From IMG/VR virus record IMGVR_UViG_3300032331_002067, positions 1-64,000 of that record: a stretch of 64,000 bases of DNA, one strand, 5' to 3'. A model generated the notes under the pieces. That model was not told the DNA's origin. It was given only the letters and a program-made list of their open reading frames with translations, and did not search any database. Positions 10,767 to 21,624 of this stretch are shown here, piece after piece (within the stretch, counting starts at the first letter, position 1; each line of letters starts with the position of its first letter). A program made the translations under genes and the position numbers. Origin of the DNA: a virus.

Positions 10767-11199
10767 ATTCTATTTGTATTCTGGAACTATCGTCAAGATC
10801 AAAAAAATCAATAAATCTGTAAACAAGATTTATGTTGAGAAGCTTATTGATGACTCTAGGGTTGTCATTCCATTTCAGCAGAATGAACTTCTTTTGAAGC
10901 GCATTTATACTGTTGGTGAAGTTGCTAAGATTGTTGAGAGAAGACCAGATACAATACGAAAGTATGAAAAAAGAGGATTGATACCAAGTGCAGAAAAATT
11001 TGGTTCTGAATACGGTGCGTATTCCTCTTGGCGGTACTATAATGAAGACGATGTTTATCAGATGGTAGAGTTTTTTAGCTCTAGAAATCCGGGTAGACCA
11101 ACGAACGATGCTGGTATCAGCATTGATAACAAAATAAAAACATTAAACAACAAAGTCAAATTGACTAAAAAGGAGCAAGAATATGTCTCAAGAAAATGA
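10738..11199 (+). CDS. MerR-family HTH DNA-binding protein
   Basis: YTVGEVAKIVERRPDTIRKYEKRGLIP...RYYNEDDV. Confidence 0.85.
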   Translation: MLTTKLIQNKFYLYSGTIVKIKKINKSVNKIYVEKLIDDSRVVIPFQQNELLLKRIYTVGEVAKIVERRPDTIRKYEKRGLIPSAEKFGSEYGAYSSWRYYNEDDVYQMVEFFSSRNPGRPTNDAGISIDNKIKTLNNKVKLTKKEQEYVSRK

Positions 11200-11389
11200 A
11201 ATTGAAATTTGGGCATCAATCGGTGTCACAAAGAACCTTGGTAACTATGAATCGCTTAGGCTAGATGCCGGTGCGAGAACCAAAGCTTCATCCACAGAGG
11301 ATGAGGCAGCTTGGGAGAAACTGTGGGCATCCATTGATGCTCAGATTGAAGCGAAACTCCAAGAATTGGATAATGGCACTAGCAAGTAA
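11183..11389 (+). CDS. Conserved phage hypothetical protein
   Basis: SD aaggag; G.TKNLGNYESLRLD motif. Confidence 0.6.
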   Translation: MSQENEIEIWASIGVTKNLGNYESLRLDAGARTKASSTEDEAAWEKLWASIDAQIEAKLQELDNGTSK

Positions 11390-11672
11390 TTGGCAGAGCA
11401 AAGCACTCTGTGCGAGCGATCCAAAACAACACACTTGGTGGTCTTATGATAAAGACGACATTGCTTATGCAAAACAAGGTTGTTCTCGGTGCTCAGTTCG
11501 TGCAGAGTGTTTTCTCTCAGCTTGGGAATCTGATGAATTCTATGGCATCAATGGTGGAATCTCTGAATACGAGTTCCTACTGATAACATGGAAAAAATCA
11601 AAAAAGGAATCCAATGTTAACTGGAAAAGAACTGATAGAGATCTTCAAAGAATCATGCGAGAAATCACATAA
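11373..11672 (+). CDS. whiB: WhiB-like transcription factor
   Basis: W...ALC...AKQGCSRCSVRAEC...GINGG (four Cys plus a variant GxWGG); start at ATG 11373. Confidence 0.75.
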   Translation: MALASNWQSKALCASDPKQHTWWSYDKDDIAYAKQGCSRCSVRAECFLSAWESDEFYGINGGISEYEFLLITWKKSKKESNVNWKRTDRDLQRIMREIT

Positions 11673-11922
11673 GCTTTTTATACCAGACTCTCCAAGGCAA
11701 GAATCCGTTGCGGATGCCTTGGCAAAACATTATGATAGTGAGATGCTTGAAAAAGCTGTGAACTATTATATTAAAAAAAATCACGGTCCATTTTTAATTT
11801 TTGATTTTGCCATTGAATCACGCACAGTGTTTGATAAGGTAAAGTTTGAAGAAGAAGCGAAAAACCGTTTCCGCAACCTAGTAAGAGAAACCCACGACAG
11901 ATTGGCATCTGATGAACTATGA
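11614..11922 (+). CDS. Hypothetical protein upstream of helicase
   Basis: SD aaggaa; overlaps the dnaB start. Confidence 0.55.
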   Translation: MLTGKELIEIFKESCEKSHKLFIPDSPRQESVADALAKHYDSEMLEKAVNYYIKKNHGPFLIFDFAIESRTVFDKVKFEEEAKNRFRNLVRETHDRLASDEL

Positions 11923-13129
11923 AGTTCGGCTTCTTAATTCCATTATTGACACTAAAGATTTTACATCTGCGGTTAATGGTGGTGTTGAGAACATGTTTAT
12001 TGAATATCGTGATGTATGGAACTTTGTTGTTTCGCATTATGACCAACACAAGAAAGTACCATCCAAAGAAACTGTAAAGCAGCACCATCCGGAGTTTGAA
12101 TTTTTTGCTACTCCAGAGCCATTGTCTTATTATCTTGAGGAAGCTAAAAAGGAATCACTGTCCTATCAGACAAGAGTGATTGTTTCCAAAGCTAACTCAA
12201 TGCTTAACGATGTTGGACCAAAAGAATCCCTCTCCTACTTGATGGAGAGTACATCTAAGCTTTATAAGTATTCAAGTAATCTTAAAGACACAGACCTCGC
12301 TGGTGAGTGGCGGGATAGATACGAGGATTTGAAAGAACGGTCAATCAAAGGCGCTGGAGAACTACAAGGTATTCCTAGTGGTATCGGTGTAATTGATAAA
12401 TCGTTTGGTGGTTGGCAACCCGGAGACTTTATTGTTCTTCTTGGCTGGACAGGTGTTGGTAAGTCATTCATCGCTAGACTGTTCGCAGTTAATGCTTGGA
12501 AAGCTGGCTACAGACCACTAATCATCTCTCTTGAAATGAATAAGCAACAAGAGGGTCAGCGTCTTGACACGCTGTTGAACAATGGCGAAGGTCATTTTAC
12601 AAACACAGACTTGGTTCGTGCTAACCCGAATGTTGTTGATGGTTACGAGAAGTGGGCAGAAGAGACTTTCTCAGGGAAGCACGCTATTCACCTTGTTACA
12701 TCAGAGGGTCTTGAAACAGCTGACCAGAACATGGTTCAAGCAAAGATTGACCAGTATCAACCGGATCTTGTAATTCTTGACTATCACGGTCTATTTGATG
12801 ACTCAAGCGGTGCGAAGAATGAAACAGAGAAGGCTAAGAACCTCTCTAAGGCGTTTAAGCGCATGGCTGTTAAGAACGGAGTGCCAATCATTGATGTGGC
12901 AGCAGTAACTATGAATGATGGTCACTCAGAGCGACCACCAGAATTAGAAGAAGTCGCTTGGAGTAAGCAGTTGGCATATGATGCTGACTTAGTGTTGGCA
13001 ATCCATCGTGATTACAACTCTGACTTATTCCAAGTGGTATCAAGGAAGGTAAGGCGGTCAACTCATTTTGGCTTTCTCCTTCGTTGGAATTTAGACACAG
13101 GAAAGTGGGCAGAAGAATGGGATCTGTAA
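11912..13129 (+). CDS. dnaB: Replicative DNA helicase, DnaB-like
   Basis: Walker A GWTGVGKS, SLEM, LVILDY, LAYDADLVL. Confidence 0.93.
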   Translation: MNYEVRLLNSIIDTKDFTSAVNGGVENMFIEYRDVWNFVVSHYDQHKKVPSKETVKQHHPEFEFFATPEPLSYYLEEAKKESLSYQTRVIVSKANSMLNDVGPKESLSYLMESTSKLYKYSSNLKDTDLAGEWRDRYEDLKERSIKGAGELQGIPSGIGVIDKSFGGWQPGDFIVLLGWTGVGKSFIARLFAVNAWKAGYRPLIISLEMNKQQEGQRLDTLLNNGEGHFTNTDLVRANPNVVDGYEKWAEETFSGKHAIHLVTSEGLETADQNMVQAKIDQYQPDLVILDYHGLFDDSSGAKNETEKAKNLSKAFKRMAVKNGVPIIDVAAVTMNDGHSERPPELEEVAWSKQLAYDADLVLAIHRDYNSDLFQVVSRKVRRSTHFGFLLRWNLDTGKWAEEWDL

Positions 13130-13311
13130 AGAATAAGAAAAAGAATGTTCTCTACGGGGAAGCTCAAGACATTGAAACAATCATTAGGCTAAGACCTTGG
13201 ATTGAGGATGAATGTCGTAAGAAATACGGAGACTTTAGAAAGAGTGATCTTGTAACAGATTATGAACCAAAAACAAACATTTTCAAGTTCAAGCTCTTCT
13301 TTCATAAGTAA
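13117..13311 (+). CDS. Hypothetical protein
   Basis: Fills the gap between dnaB and dnaG. Confidence 0.45.
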   Translation: MGSVKNKKKNVLYGEAQDIETIIRLRPWIEDECRKKYGDFRKSDLVTDYEPKTNIFKFKLFFHK

Positions 13312-14206
13312 GATGGAAGATGAAATTCGTAAGCTATTTGAGAACTATAACATTGATGTAGCCTCAGATAGCGGTAATGAATTCAATATCTACTGTCCAT
13401 TCCATAAGAACCTACACAGTCCAGCTTTTTTTATTAATAGGAAGACTGGGCTGTGGCAGTGTTTCAACCCCTCTTGCGCTAAGCGAGGAAACTTTAGACA
13501 ACTTTATCGTCAGATAACCGGCAAGCCGTATGGAAAGAGCATCACTCTTGATTCGGCTGCCTTAACTAACGAGATTGAAAGAGGTTTTCGGGGGAAGGTA
13601 ATCTCAAATGAGATTGACATTGATTCCGTTGCTGTTGATTATGACAACAATGATGAAACAATGTTATTGTCAAAGTTCCTTGATAGAGGTTTATCCCTTG
13701 AAACAATGGAGTACTTTGAGATTGGCTTCTCCAGAGTTAAGGAGAGGATTGTTATTCCAGTAAGAGACCCCAACTACAAGCTAGTCGGTTTTATTGGAAG
13801 AGCAACAACCGATGAGCAAGAACCAAGATATTTATATAACAAAGGATTTAAGCGTGCTGATGTATTATTTAACATCCAAAACGCAAAAAAACACCCTAGT
13901 TGTATAATTACAGAGGGCAGTGTTGACGCAATGATGGTTTACCAAGCTGGTTATCCAAATGTTGTATCAACACTTGGCGCTCAGGTTAGCAATAACCAGA
14001 TCAAAATGCTGAAAAGATATTTTGACGAATTAATTATATTTTCTGATAACGATGACGCAGGAATCGCCATGAAGAATGATATAATAAATCTCTGCCGAGG
14101 CAAAGTTCTTTCCGAGGCAAAGATAGCTGATGGTTGTAAAGACCCCGGCGAAATGAAAAAAGAACAAATAACAAACAGTATTGAAAATAAAATTTCAATC
14201 ATATAA
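13262..14206 (+). CDS. dnaG: DNA primase, DnaG-like
   Basis: CPFH...CFNPSC Zn finger; Toprim EG..D and DND.AG, KDPGE. Confidence 0.92.
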   Translation: MNQKQTFSSSSSSFISKMEDEIRKLFENYNIDVASDSGNEFNIYCPFHKNLHSPAFFINRKTGLWQCFNPSCAKRGNFRQLYRQITGKPYGKSITLDSAALTNEIERGFRGKVISNEIDIDSVAVDYDNNDETMLLSKFLDRGLSLETMEYFEIGFSRVKERIVIPVRDPNYKLVGFIGRATTDEQEPRYLYNKGFKRADVLFNIQNAKKHPSCIITEGSVDAMMVYQAGYPNVVSTLGAQVSNNQIKMLKRYFDELIIFSDNDDAGIAMKNDIINLCRGKVLSEAKIADGCKDPGEMKKEQITNSIENKISII

Positions 14207-14220
14207 CAAAAGGAATACAC

Positions 14221-14871
14221 ATGACATTTGCAAGTATCAAATCACTTCAAGACCTCGAAAAGAGCGTCACACCTACACAGAACAAACAAGGAACTGGAAT
14301 CAAGAAGTATTTCAGCCTTTCATCAGGAGATTCATTCAAGATTCGTTTCCGTCAGGAACTTACCGAAGATGCAACTTTCTTTGATGAAGAGGTTGGTACA
14401 GGGATCACAGTACCTGTTGTAACATCACCTATTAACTGGAAGTGGCGAGCAGCTTCTACTTCTTCACTTGAGAAGTTCAACTATCGCTGTTGGGCAACCG
14501 AGCAGGCTGTTCACGACAAGGCGTGGAAGCCAAAGCCACATTTGCTTATCAACATTGCTGTTGAAGTAGAAGTCGGAGTCTGGGAGCCTCGTGTTCTTGA
14601 CACAACATTCAACCAGCGTCACATCGGAATGATGCTCATTGAATACGCAAAGGAATTCGGAACAATTACTGACCGCTACTACAAGTACTCACGCACAGGC
14701 TCGTCTGCATCAGACACTAATTACAGTTTGATTCCTCTCTCACAAGGAGAGATGCCAAAGGAAATCACTGAGTTGCCAATGCACCAGCTTGACAGCATGT
14801 ACCTGACTCTCTCCTACGATAAGCAAGAGAAGTTCTTTACTACTGGAGAAATTGCCAAAGATTCTTGGTGA
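14221..14871 (+). CDS. Single-stranded DNA-binding protein (phage gp32-like)
   Basis: KIRF.QEL and R.G....TNY.LIP motifs; position between primase and polymerase. Confidence 0.65.
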   Translation: MTFASIKSLQDLEKSVTPTQNKQGTGIKKYFSLSSGDSFKIRFRQELTEDATFFDEEVGTGITVPVVTSPINWKWRAASTSSLEKFNYRCWATEQAVHDKAWKPKPHLLINIAVEVEVGVWEPRVLDTTFNQRHIGMMLIEYAKEFGTITDRYYKYSRTGSSASDTNYSLIPLSQGEMPKEITELPMHQLDSMYLTLSYDKQEKFFTTGEIAKDSW

Positions 14872-14887
14872 TTGATTAACTGCTACG

Positions 14888-14920
14888 GTGAAGCCCTGCC
14901 TAATAAGCAGGGCTTTATCC
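14888..14920 (+). terminator. Stem-loop, probable terminator
   Basis: aagccctgc-ctaataa-gcagggcttt. Confidence 0.55.
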
Positions 14921-14934
14921 GTGTAAGGACATAA

Positions 14935-15465
14935 ATGAAAAACAAAAATATTGTTCTTGACCTTGATGGTGTAATTGCAGATATCTCAACATCGATTGAT
15001 GAATACATTACATATACTGGTATAAAAGAAAAGTACGACTATACACATTGGTTGACATCTGATCATGATGATGAAGAGGCAATGAAGTTATTTAATGACC
15101 CTTTGTTCTGGAAGAATCTAAAACCATACGAGGATGCTTGGCATCAAGTAAATAAGTGGTTTAGTGATGGATATGATGTTCACATTGTTACAGCAAGAAG
15201 GTGCGATGCTGCAATCCGGAACACCTCTTCTTGGCTAGACGCATGGAGAATTGCAACACTTGAACCTATATTTGCAGGAATCCATAAAAAATACGAAGTT
15301 ATTAAAGAAATTAATCCTCTATTTGTTGTTGAAGATAACCCAAACGAAGTAAAAATTTTAATTGATAACGGAGTGAACGCTTTTCTCAGAAAGCAGTGGT
15401 ACAATGAGCCATACTGGGAAACCTTACCGACCATAGAAACCTTATACGATATAGATTGGAACTAA
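14935..15465 (+). CDS. HAD-family 5'(3')-deoxyribonucleotidase
   Basis: LDLDGVIAD, IVTAR, VEDNP motifs. Confidence 0.8.
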   Translation: MKNKNIVLDLDGVIADISTSIDEYITYTGIKEKYDYTHWLTSDHDDEEAMKLFNDPLFWKNLKPYEDAWHQVNKWFSDGYDVHIVTARRCDAAIRNTSSWLDAWRIATLEPIFAGIHKKYEVIKEINPLFVVEDNPNEVKILIDNGVNAFLRKQWYNEPYWETLPTIETLYDIDWN

Positions 15466-18400
15466 GTGACTGATTTCGTACACTTACACTGTCATTCCGA
15501 GTACTCACTCCTTGATGGAATGTCAACCCCCACAGAGATTGCAAAAATCTCTAGCACGAATGGTCAATATGCTGCTGCAATTACTGACCACGGCACGATG
15601 GGTGGTGTCTTGAAGTTTCAAGATGCTTGCAATAAGCAGAGCGTAAAACCAATCTTTGGTGTTGAAGCTTATTTTGTTCCATCTATTAATACGGATGCTC
15701 AGACAAAGTATGAGCGCTTCCATTTGATTCTTCTTGCGAAGAATAATGCTGGACTGCAAAAGCTTTTTAGAATCTCACAAACTGGTTGGACAGATAACTT
15801 CTACTACAAACCTCGTATTGACTTTAACTTACTAGAAGACATGGTTGATGATGACATCATTGCATTGTCCGGTTGTATGGGTGGTCCAATTTCAAAAGCG
15901 ATTGAGGCTGGCAACCATGCACGAGCAGAAGAATTGTCTGAACGCTTTATTAAAATCTTCAAGGATGACTTCTATTATGAAGTGCAAGCTTGGAATCCCA
16001 AGAACCTCAATGATTCACTTATCAAACTTGCTAGTGCTTATGATAAGAAGGTTGTTGCAACAGCTGATTGTCACTTCCCAACATACGAAGATCGTGGACC
16101 AGAAGAAGTTCTTCTTATGGTTTCTCAATATCCAAGCTTGAACGCTGGAGATATTCGTGTTGCACAACAGAATCTTCATGTCATTCACGATGAGAACGCA
16201 AATGTAATTGACAAGATGAATGCTATGTACCCGGAACGGTTCTTGCGCTTTGATGAAATCAATCCATACATTGCTAAGGCTGATGTTGTCCACTCTTGGT
16301 TTAAAGATGCTGGTTATGACAATGTTGAATATCTTGAGAACACAATGGAAGTTGCTGACAAATGCACAGCGACAATTGCTACTAAGAGAAATCTTCTTCC
16401 AAAGTATTCCAAGGTTCTTGATTCAAACTTCTATCTGAGAGAGATTGCTGAGTTTGCAATTCAGACAAATAAACTTGGTGCGGAATATCAGGAAAGGCTT
16501 AATGAAGAACTAGGAATCATTGAGCAACTTGGTTTCTCTGACTACTTCTTGATTGTATGGGACTTAGTTAAATGGGCTGATGAGAACGATATTGGTCGTG
16601 GTACAGGGCGAGGTTCTGTTGGCGGTTCTGTCCTTGCATACTTGCTTGATATCTCAAAGGTTGACCCATTGAAGTACGGATTGCTTTTCTCACGATTTAT
16701 TAACCCTGAACGAAATGACTATCCGGACATTGACTTGGACTTTGAGGATAAGCGCAGAGGCGAGGTTCGTAATTACCTGCGTGACAGATGGGGTCATGAC
16801 AATGTTGCTGCTATCTCTACTTACGGCGGTTTCAAACCTAAGTCTGTAATTAAAGATATCTCTCGTGTCTATCAGGTTCCATTTGCTGAGATTAACAACA
16901 TCACTCCATACTTTGAGACATTGCAGGAACTTGAAACATCACCTAAAGGTAAGATCTTTTGTAGTAAGTATCCAGACATTATCAAGCTTGCAAAGAAGCT
17001 TGAAGGTCGTATTCGTAACTCAGGAATTCATGCTGCTGGCATGGTTGTTTCATCAATCCCTCTAAGTGATGTTTGCCCTGTTGAGACAAAGAAAGATACA
17101 AGCGGGGAAGGTCGTTCTATTGTTACTGCTTTTGATATGGAAGATGCAGAAGCCGTTGGTCTGATTAAAATCGATGTTCTCGGTCTAAAGACCGTTTCTG
17201 TTATTAAAGATTGCATCGCAAAGATTAAAGAAAATCGGGGCATTGATGTTAGTCAGCTTTCATTGGAATTGGATGACCCAGAAGTATTTAAGAACTTCAA
17301 TGATGGAAATACAGTAGGTATCTTCCAAACAGATGCTGCTGCTTATCGTAACTTGATTGAAAGAATGGGTATTGATAATTTTAATGACCTTGTTGTATCA
17401 AACGCACTTGTAAGACCGGGAGCATTGTTGTCACAGGGTCAGGTTTATATTGATTGTAAGAAGGGTGTGAATGCTCCAAAGTATCCACACCCTATTGTTA
17501 AGGACATTCTTGAAGAAACATACGGAACGGTTATCTTTCAGGAACAGCTAATGCAAATGGCTGTACTCCTCGCTGATTTCACATGGTCAGAGGCTGACAA
17601 ACTTCGTAAGATCATTGGTAAGAAGAGAGATGCTGCTGGATTTGATGAGTATAAAGAGAAGTTTGTTAACAATAAGTATATCAAGAAAGCAGCAGCAGAG
17701 AAAATCTGGGCGGAATTTGAACTAGCAGCCTTGTACATGTTTAACAAGTCTCACGCTGTTGCTTACTCCATGCTCTCTTATCAGACCATGTGGTTGAAGA
17801 TTCATTACCCAATTGAATTCATTTGGTCACTTCTCTTTAATGAATCAGCAGGTGACAAGATTACGGCTTATTTGATGGAAGCGCAAAGGGTGGGCGTAAA
17901 GATACTAGCACCTGATGTGAATCACTCGGATGAATACTTTTCGGTAAGTATCAAGGGTGAGGAGGAGTCAATTCAATTTGGATTGTCCAATGTCGCCGGA
18001 TGTGGTAACTCAGCTATCAAGGAGATTTTTGAAAAGCGACCATTTGACTCGTATGAGGAGTTTACAAACAAATGCAGAAAGTCTGCAGTGAAGGTAACTG
18101 TAAGAGAAAATCTAGAGAAGGTAGGAGCGTTTAAATCTTTGGGTCATGTCTCGGCTTATGATCACGAGAAGTATTATCTTCCTGTATTGGGTTTCTCACT
18201 TAACACTAATGGTGAACAGAATGAAATGGATGAGTTTGTCGGGAAGCTTGCAGACTTCCACGAAATTACCTCTCCATTGACGCTGGTAAAGGCTGTGGTG
18301 CGTTCTACAAAGAAAACGCCTCAATACCTTCGTATTGAGTTTGAAGACCATTCTGGCTCGTCTACGGTGTTTGCTGAGCGTAATACCGAACTTGCCACAC

Positions 18401-18867
18401 GAGACTATATTTATGCTCTTATCGGGGATAGAACGATGCATGACTTCTGTGATGCGTATGAGTATTACGATTCAAGCTTGTATAACTTCATGATGTTACG
18501 GGCAAAGGGGCATGACCACGATTACGGCTGGTTGCATAAGACGGGTCTTGGAACTGCTGAAAAAGAAAAGACCTTAATGTATATCTTCCATATGCGTAAA
18601 TTCATTACATCCACCGAGAAGGAAATGGCGAACCTCTACTGCTGGGATGGGGAGAAGATATTTAAGGTCGTGGTGTTCCCGAACACGCTAAAGAAGATTA
18701 AAGGTCTTCTTCAGACCAAGACATGGTTTGCAGCGAGGTTGGAAAAGATTGAAGACCAAAAGACGCTGACACGATTGGACTCTTACAAAGTTGAGAGCGA
18801 CAGTGGCATCATCTCTATTGAGAATTACATTGAGAGAAAGTCTCTCAAGAAAGAAGATTATGTCTAA
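15466..18867 (+). CDS. dnaE: DNA polymerase III alpha subunit
   Basis: PHP HLHCHSEYSLLDG, GRGS, PDIDLDF, KIDVLGL, FNKSHA; no intein seen. Confidence 0.97.
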   Translation: MTDFVHLHCHSEYSLLDGMSTPTEIAKISSTNGQYAAAITDHGTMGGVLKFQDACNKQSVKPIFGVEAYFVPSINTDAQTKYERFHLILLAKNNAGLQKLFRISQTGWTDNFYYKPRIDFNLLEDMVDDDIIALSGCMGGPISKAIEAGNHARAEELSERFIKIFKDDFYYEVQAWNPKNLNDSLIKLASAYDKKVVATADCHFPTYEDRGPEEVLLMVSQYPSLNAGDIRVAQQNLHVIHDENANVIDKMNAMYPERFLRFDEINPYIAKADVVHSWFKDAGYDNVEYLENTMEVADKCTATIATKRNLLPKYSKVLDSNFYLREIAEFAIQTNKLGAEYQERLNEELGIIEQLGFSDYFLIVWDLVKWADENDIGRGTGRGSVGGSVLAYLLDISKVDPLKYGLLFSRFINPERNDYPDIDLDFEDKRRGEVRNYLRDRWGHDNVAAISTYGGFKPKSVIKDISRVYQVPFAEINNITPYFETLQELETSPKGKIFCSKYPDIIKLAKKLEGRIRNSGIHAAGMVVSSIPLSDVCPVETKKDTSGEGRSIVTAFDMEDAEAVGLIKIDVLGLKTVSVIKDCIAKIKENRGIDVSQLSLELDDPEVFKNFNDGNTVGIFQTDAAAYRNLIERMGIDNFNDLVVSNALVRPGALLSQGQVYIDCKKGVNAPKYPHPIVKDILEETYGTVIFQEQLMQMAVLLADFTWSEADKLRKIIGKKRDAAGFDEYKEKFVNNKYIKKAAAEKIWAEFELAALYMFNKSHAVAYSMLSYQTMWLKIHYPIEFIWSLLFNESAGDKITAYLMEAQRVGVKILAPDVNHSDEYFSVSIKGEEESIQFGLSNVAGCGNSAIKEIFEKRPFDSYEEFTNKCRKSAVKVTVRENLEKVGAFKSLGHVSAYDHEKYYLPVLGFSLNTNGEQNEMDEFVGKLADFHEITSPLTLVKAVVRSTKKTPQYLRIEFEDHSGSSTVFAERNTELATRDYIYALIGDRTMHDFCDAYEYYDSSLYNFMMLRAKGHDHDYGWLHKTGLGTAEKEKTLMYIFHMRKFITSTEKEMANLYCWDGEKIFKVVVFPNTLKKIKGLLQTKTWFAARLEKIEDQKTLTRLDSYKVESDSGIISIENYIERKSLKKEDYV

Positions 18868-19510
18868 TAATATGCAAGAAGAAATGAACGCAATCGGATG
18901 GTGGCATAGGATTCCCATTGGGGATGTGACAACACCCGGACACAATGAGGAATCTCAATCAACACTTGATGCGATGAATCTTGGAGACCTGACGGGGAAG
19001 ACTGTCCTTGATATCGGTTGTTGGGATGGATTCTATTCATTCGCTTGTGAGAAGAAGAATGCTAAAAGAGTCGTAGCGTCTGATCGCTTTGTTTGGGATT
19101 CGCCAGAATTCACTGATGCCGGATTTAATTTTGCCCATAAACATCTGAATTCAAAGGTCGAGAAGCTTCATGCTTCTGTTGAAGAGCTTCCTGAAAAGAA
19201 CCTCGGAAAGTTCGACATTGTTCTCATGCTAGGTGTCTTATACCATGCCAAGAGTCCTATTCAATACATTGAGATTGCAAAAGAACTTTCAAAAGGAATT
19301 GTTATCTTTGAAACAGCAGTTGACTTGATGGACATTCCTGTTCCAGTTGCTCGCTACTATGTCCATGATGAGCTGAACCATGACCCAACAAACTTTTGGG
19401 GTTTCAATGAATTAGCAATGCTTGGAATGATGCATGATGCAGGATATAAAAATATCAAATCAGTTAGGTTGGAAAATCAAAATAGAATGCTTTTCATTGG
19501 AGAGGTCTAA
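18860..19510 (+). CDS. SAM-dependent methyltransferase (DUF1698/CmoB-like)
   Basis: VLDIGCWDGFYSF, FDIVLMLGVLYH; start at ATG 18860. Confidence 0.8.
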   Translation: MSNNMQEEMNAIGWWHRIPIGDVTTPGHNEESQSTLDAMNLGDLTGKTVLDIGCWDGFYSFACEKKNAKRVVASDRFVWDSPEFTDAGFNFAHKHLNSKVEKLHASVEELPEKNLGKFDIVLMLGVLYHAKSPIQYIEIAKELSKGIVIFETAVDLMDIPVPVARYYVHDELNHDPTNFWGFNELAMLGMMHDAGYKNIKSVRLENQNRMLFIGEV

Positions 19511-20548
19511 ATGAAATTATCTTTTCATACAGATCAAGATGTGAAAGATTCAGATGGAACAGCTGGATATTCGTATAGCTACTTCAAGATGATTGAGTAC
19601 TTCTCTAAGTTCACCTATGAGGGTGAACAGATGGAGATACTTGATAACTCAGAAGATGCCAATGTCCAGTTGTTCTATATGGAGCCTGAACGATACAACC
19701 ACAATACTTGGGGAGATTTGCGTAAACCGGATTTCAAGAAATTCCATGACCATCAATATAAGATTCAAGGTACTCATCTAGAGGCTACGAGGGTTTGGAG
19801 TCACTGGGTTGATGCTATGAAGTCCGTTGATGAAATATGGGTTGGCAACTACTTCGCTAGGGATGCAGTATTGAACTCCGGCATTGAAACACCTACTTAT
19901 GTTTTTGAGTTGGGTATTGATTCGATGTGGAAGCCTCACAAGAGAGAACGAGGTCGTAAGATTAAGTTTCTTCATGTTGATTCAGCTAGTCCACGCAAGA
20001 GAGCTGATCTTACATTGAGAGCTTTTAATCAAGCATTTGGTTCTAGAGATGATGTATCACTTACTTTGAAGTACCATCAACATCAGAACCCATTTGGTAT
20101 TAATTTATCAATGAATCAAAATATTGATTATGTTTATGAAACTCTCTCACAAGAAGATTTGGTAAAACTTTATCTAGATCACGATGTTCTTGTTTATCCA
20201 ACAGAGGGTGAAGGGTTTGGGTTTATCCCATTGCAAGCTCTTGCTACCGGAATGCCAGTTATTACAACAGGGAAGTGGTGTTCTTATACCAATCTTCTTG
20301 GGGATAATATTATTGAATCAAAAATAGGAAAAACACAGCACACGCAGTATCACGATGGTGAAGTTGACCTAGCTGAATTTGATTCTTTGGTTGATTTAAT
20401 GAGAAAAGTTGTGGATAACTTTGATGATGAAGTAAATTATTATTTCAATCAAGCACCATCTGTTTATGACAGGTATAATTGGAAAACGAGATGCGATGCA
20501 TTTCTTGAGTCTGTGGTTAAAAGACTTGGCACAAAAACTTTCAACTAA
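19511..20548 (+). CDS. Glycosyltransferase, GT4 family
   Basis: RK, P..GEGFG...LQALATGMPVITT. Confidence 0.85.
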   Translation: MKLSFHTDQDVKDSDGTAGYSYSYFKMIEYFSKFTYEGEQMEILDNSEDANVQLFYMEPERYNHNTWGDLRKPDFKKFHDHQYKIQGTHLEATRVWSHWVDAMKSVDEIWVGNYFARDAVLNSGIETPTYVFELGIDSMWKPHKRERGRKIKFLHVDSASPRKRADLTLRAFNQAFGSRDDVSLTLKYHQHQNPFGINLSMNQNIDYVYETLSQEDLVKLYLDHDVLVYPTEGEGFGFIPLQALATGMPVITTGKWCSYTNLLGDNIIESKIGKTQHTQYHDGEVDLAEFDSLVDLMRKVVDNFDDEVNYYFNQAPSVYDRYNWKTRCDAFLESVVKRLGTKTFN

Positions 20549-20573
20549 GAAAAAACTATATTAAAGGAGAAAA

Positions 20574-21506
20574 ATGTTAGTAGTAGATAAAAGAAAAGGC
20601 GATCATATGCCTATTCACGAAGTTATTCCAACACCGAGCATCGGGTTAAATCGTGCTCTTGGAGGAGGGCTTAATTCAGGAGCAACCCATCTATTCTGGG
20701 GAACACCATCAGTTGGTAAAACAACAATGTGTTTCCGGATTCTTGCGGAAGCTCAGAGAAGAGGATACCGACCAGTCATCATTGACTCGGAGTATTCTTA
20801 CAATGATCAGTATGCTGCAAAGTGCGGTATTGACATCGATGATGTTGTTGTAATCCAATCAACAATTGTAGAAGAGATCATGAAGGCTCTCATTGGTTAT
20901 TTGAATAACGATGTTGAGAAGCACATCTTCTTATTTGACTCTCTATCGAATATCATCAAAGAAGAATTTTATGACAAGCCAGAGGGTGGTAAAGCAATGG
21001 GACTTCAATCTCGTTCGCAGGGTTACCTTCTTCAGAAGCTTGTTAATTACCTCCATAAGGAACGGAACATTATGCTATTCGTAGCGCACCAGACCGTTGA
21101 CCTTAGTGGAATGTTCGCTGTAACAAAAGCGAAGATGGGTAACACAGTGCATCACAATATGCACAACATTGTGAAGTTATTCCTTTCAATGTCACAAAAG
21201 GAAATGGAGCGTGATGATACTCACACCATTACTTCACAGAGGGCTGTGTGGACAATTGAAAAGACAAAACAAATCCCAACTATCGGAGCGCAAGGTTATT
21301 ACTATGTTCTCCCACAAGAAGGAAAGATTGACACTGACCGAGAGCTTATTGATATTGCGGTTGAGATGGATATCATTCAACGCAGAGGTGCATGGTATTC
21401 TTATGGCACTGAGAAGTGGAATGGAATGACATCTATTAATTTGTCTGAAGAAGTAAGAGATGAGATTGCAACTCTGATTTTGGGTCGTGAGCTTCAAGAG
21501 GTGTAA
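20574..21506 (+). CDS. recA: RecA/UvsX-like recombinase
   Basis: S.GLN.ALGGG, GTPSVGKTT, DS, GAWYSY. Confidence 0.92.
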   Translation: MLVVDKRKGDHMPIHEVIPTPSIGLNRALGGGLNSGATHLFWGTPSVGKTTMCFRILAEAQRRGYRPVIIDSEYSYNDQYAAKCGIDIDDVVVIQSTIVEEIMKALIGYLNNDVEKHIFLFDSLSNIIKEEFYDKPEGGKAMGLQSRSQGYLLQKLVNYLHKERNIMLFVAHQTVDLSGMFAVTKAKMGNTVHHNMHNIVKLFLSMSQKEMERDDTHTITSQRAVWTIEKTKQIPTIGAQGYYYVLPQEGKIDTDRELIDIAVEMDIIQRRGAWYSYGTEKWNGMTSINLSEEVRDEIATLILGRELQEV

Positions 21507-21507
21507 T

Positions 21508-21624
21508 GTGGTCATCTATCTTCTAGTCATCGCCGGCATTTGTGTTGGAATTGTTTACAATCTAATTAAGTTTTATCAAGAGTTTAAGGAGACAATGGAT
21601 AATACGGATATGGAGATTGATTAA
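21508..21624 (+). CDS. Small membrane protein (38 aa, not in ORF track)
   Basis: GTG start after gaggtg; MVIYLLVIAGICVGIVYNL hydrophobic helix. Confidence 0.4.
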   Translation: MVIYLLVIAGICVGIVYNLIKFYQEFKETMDNTDMEID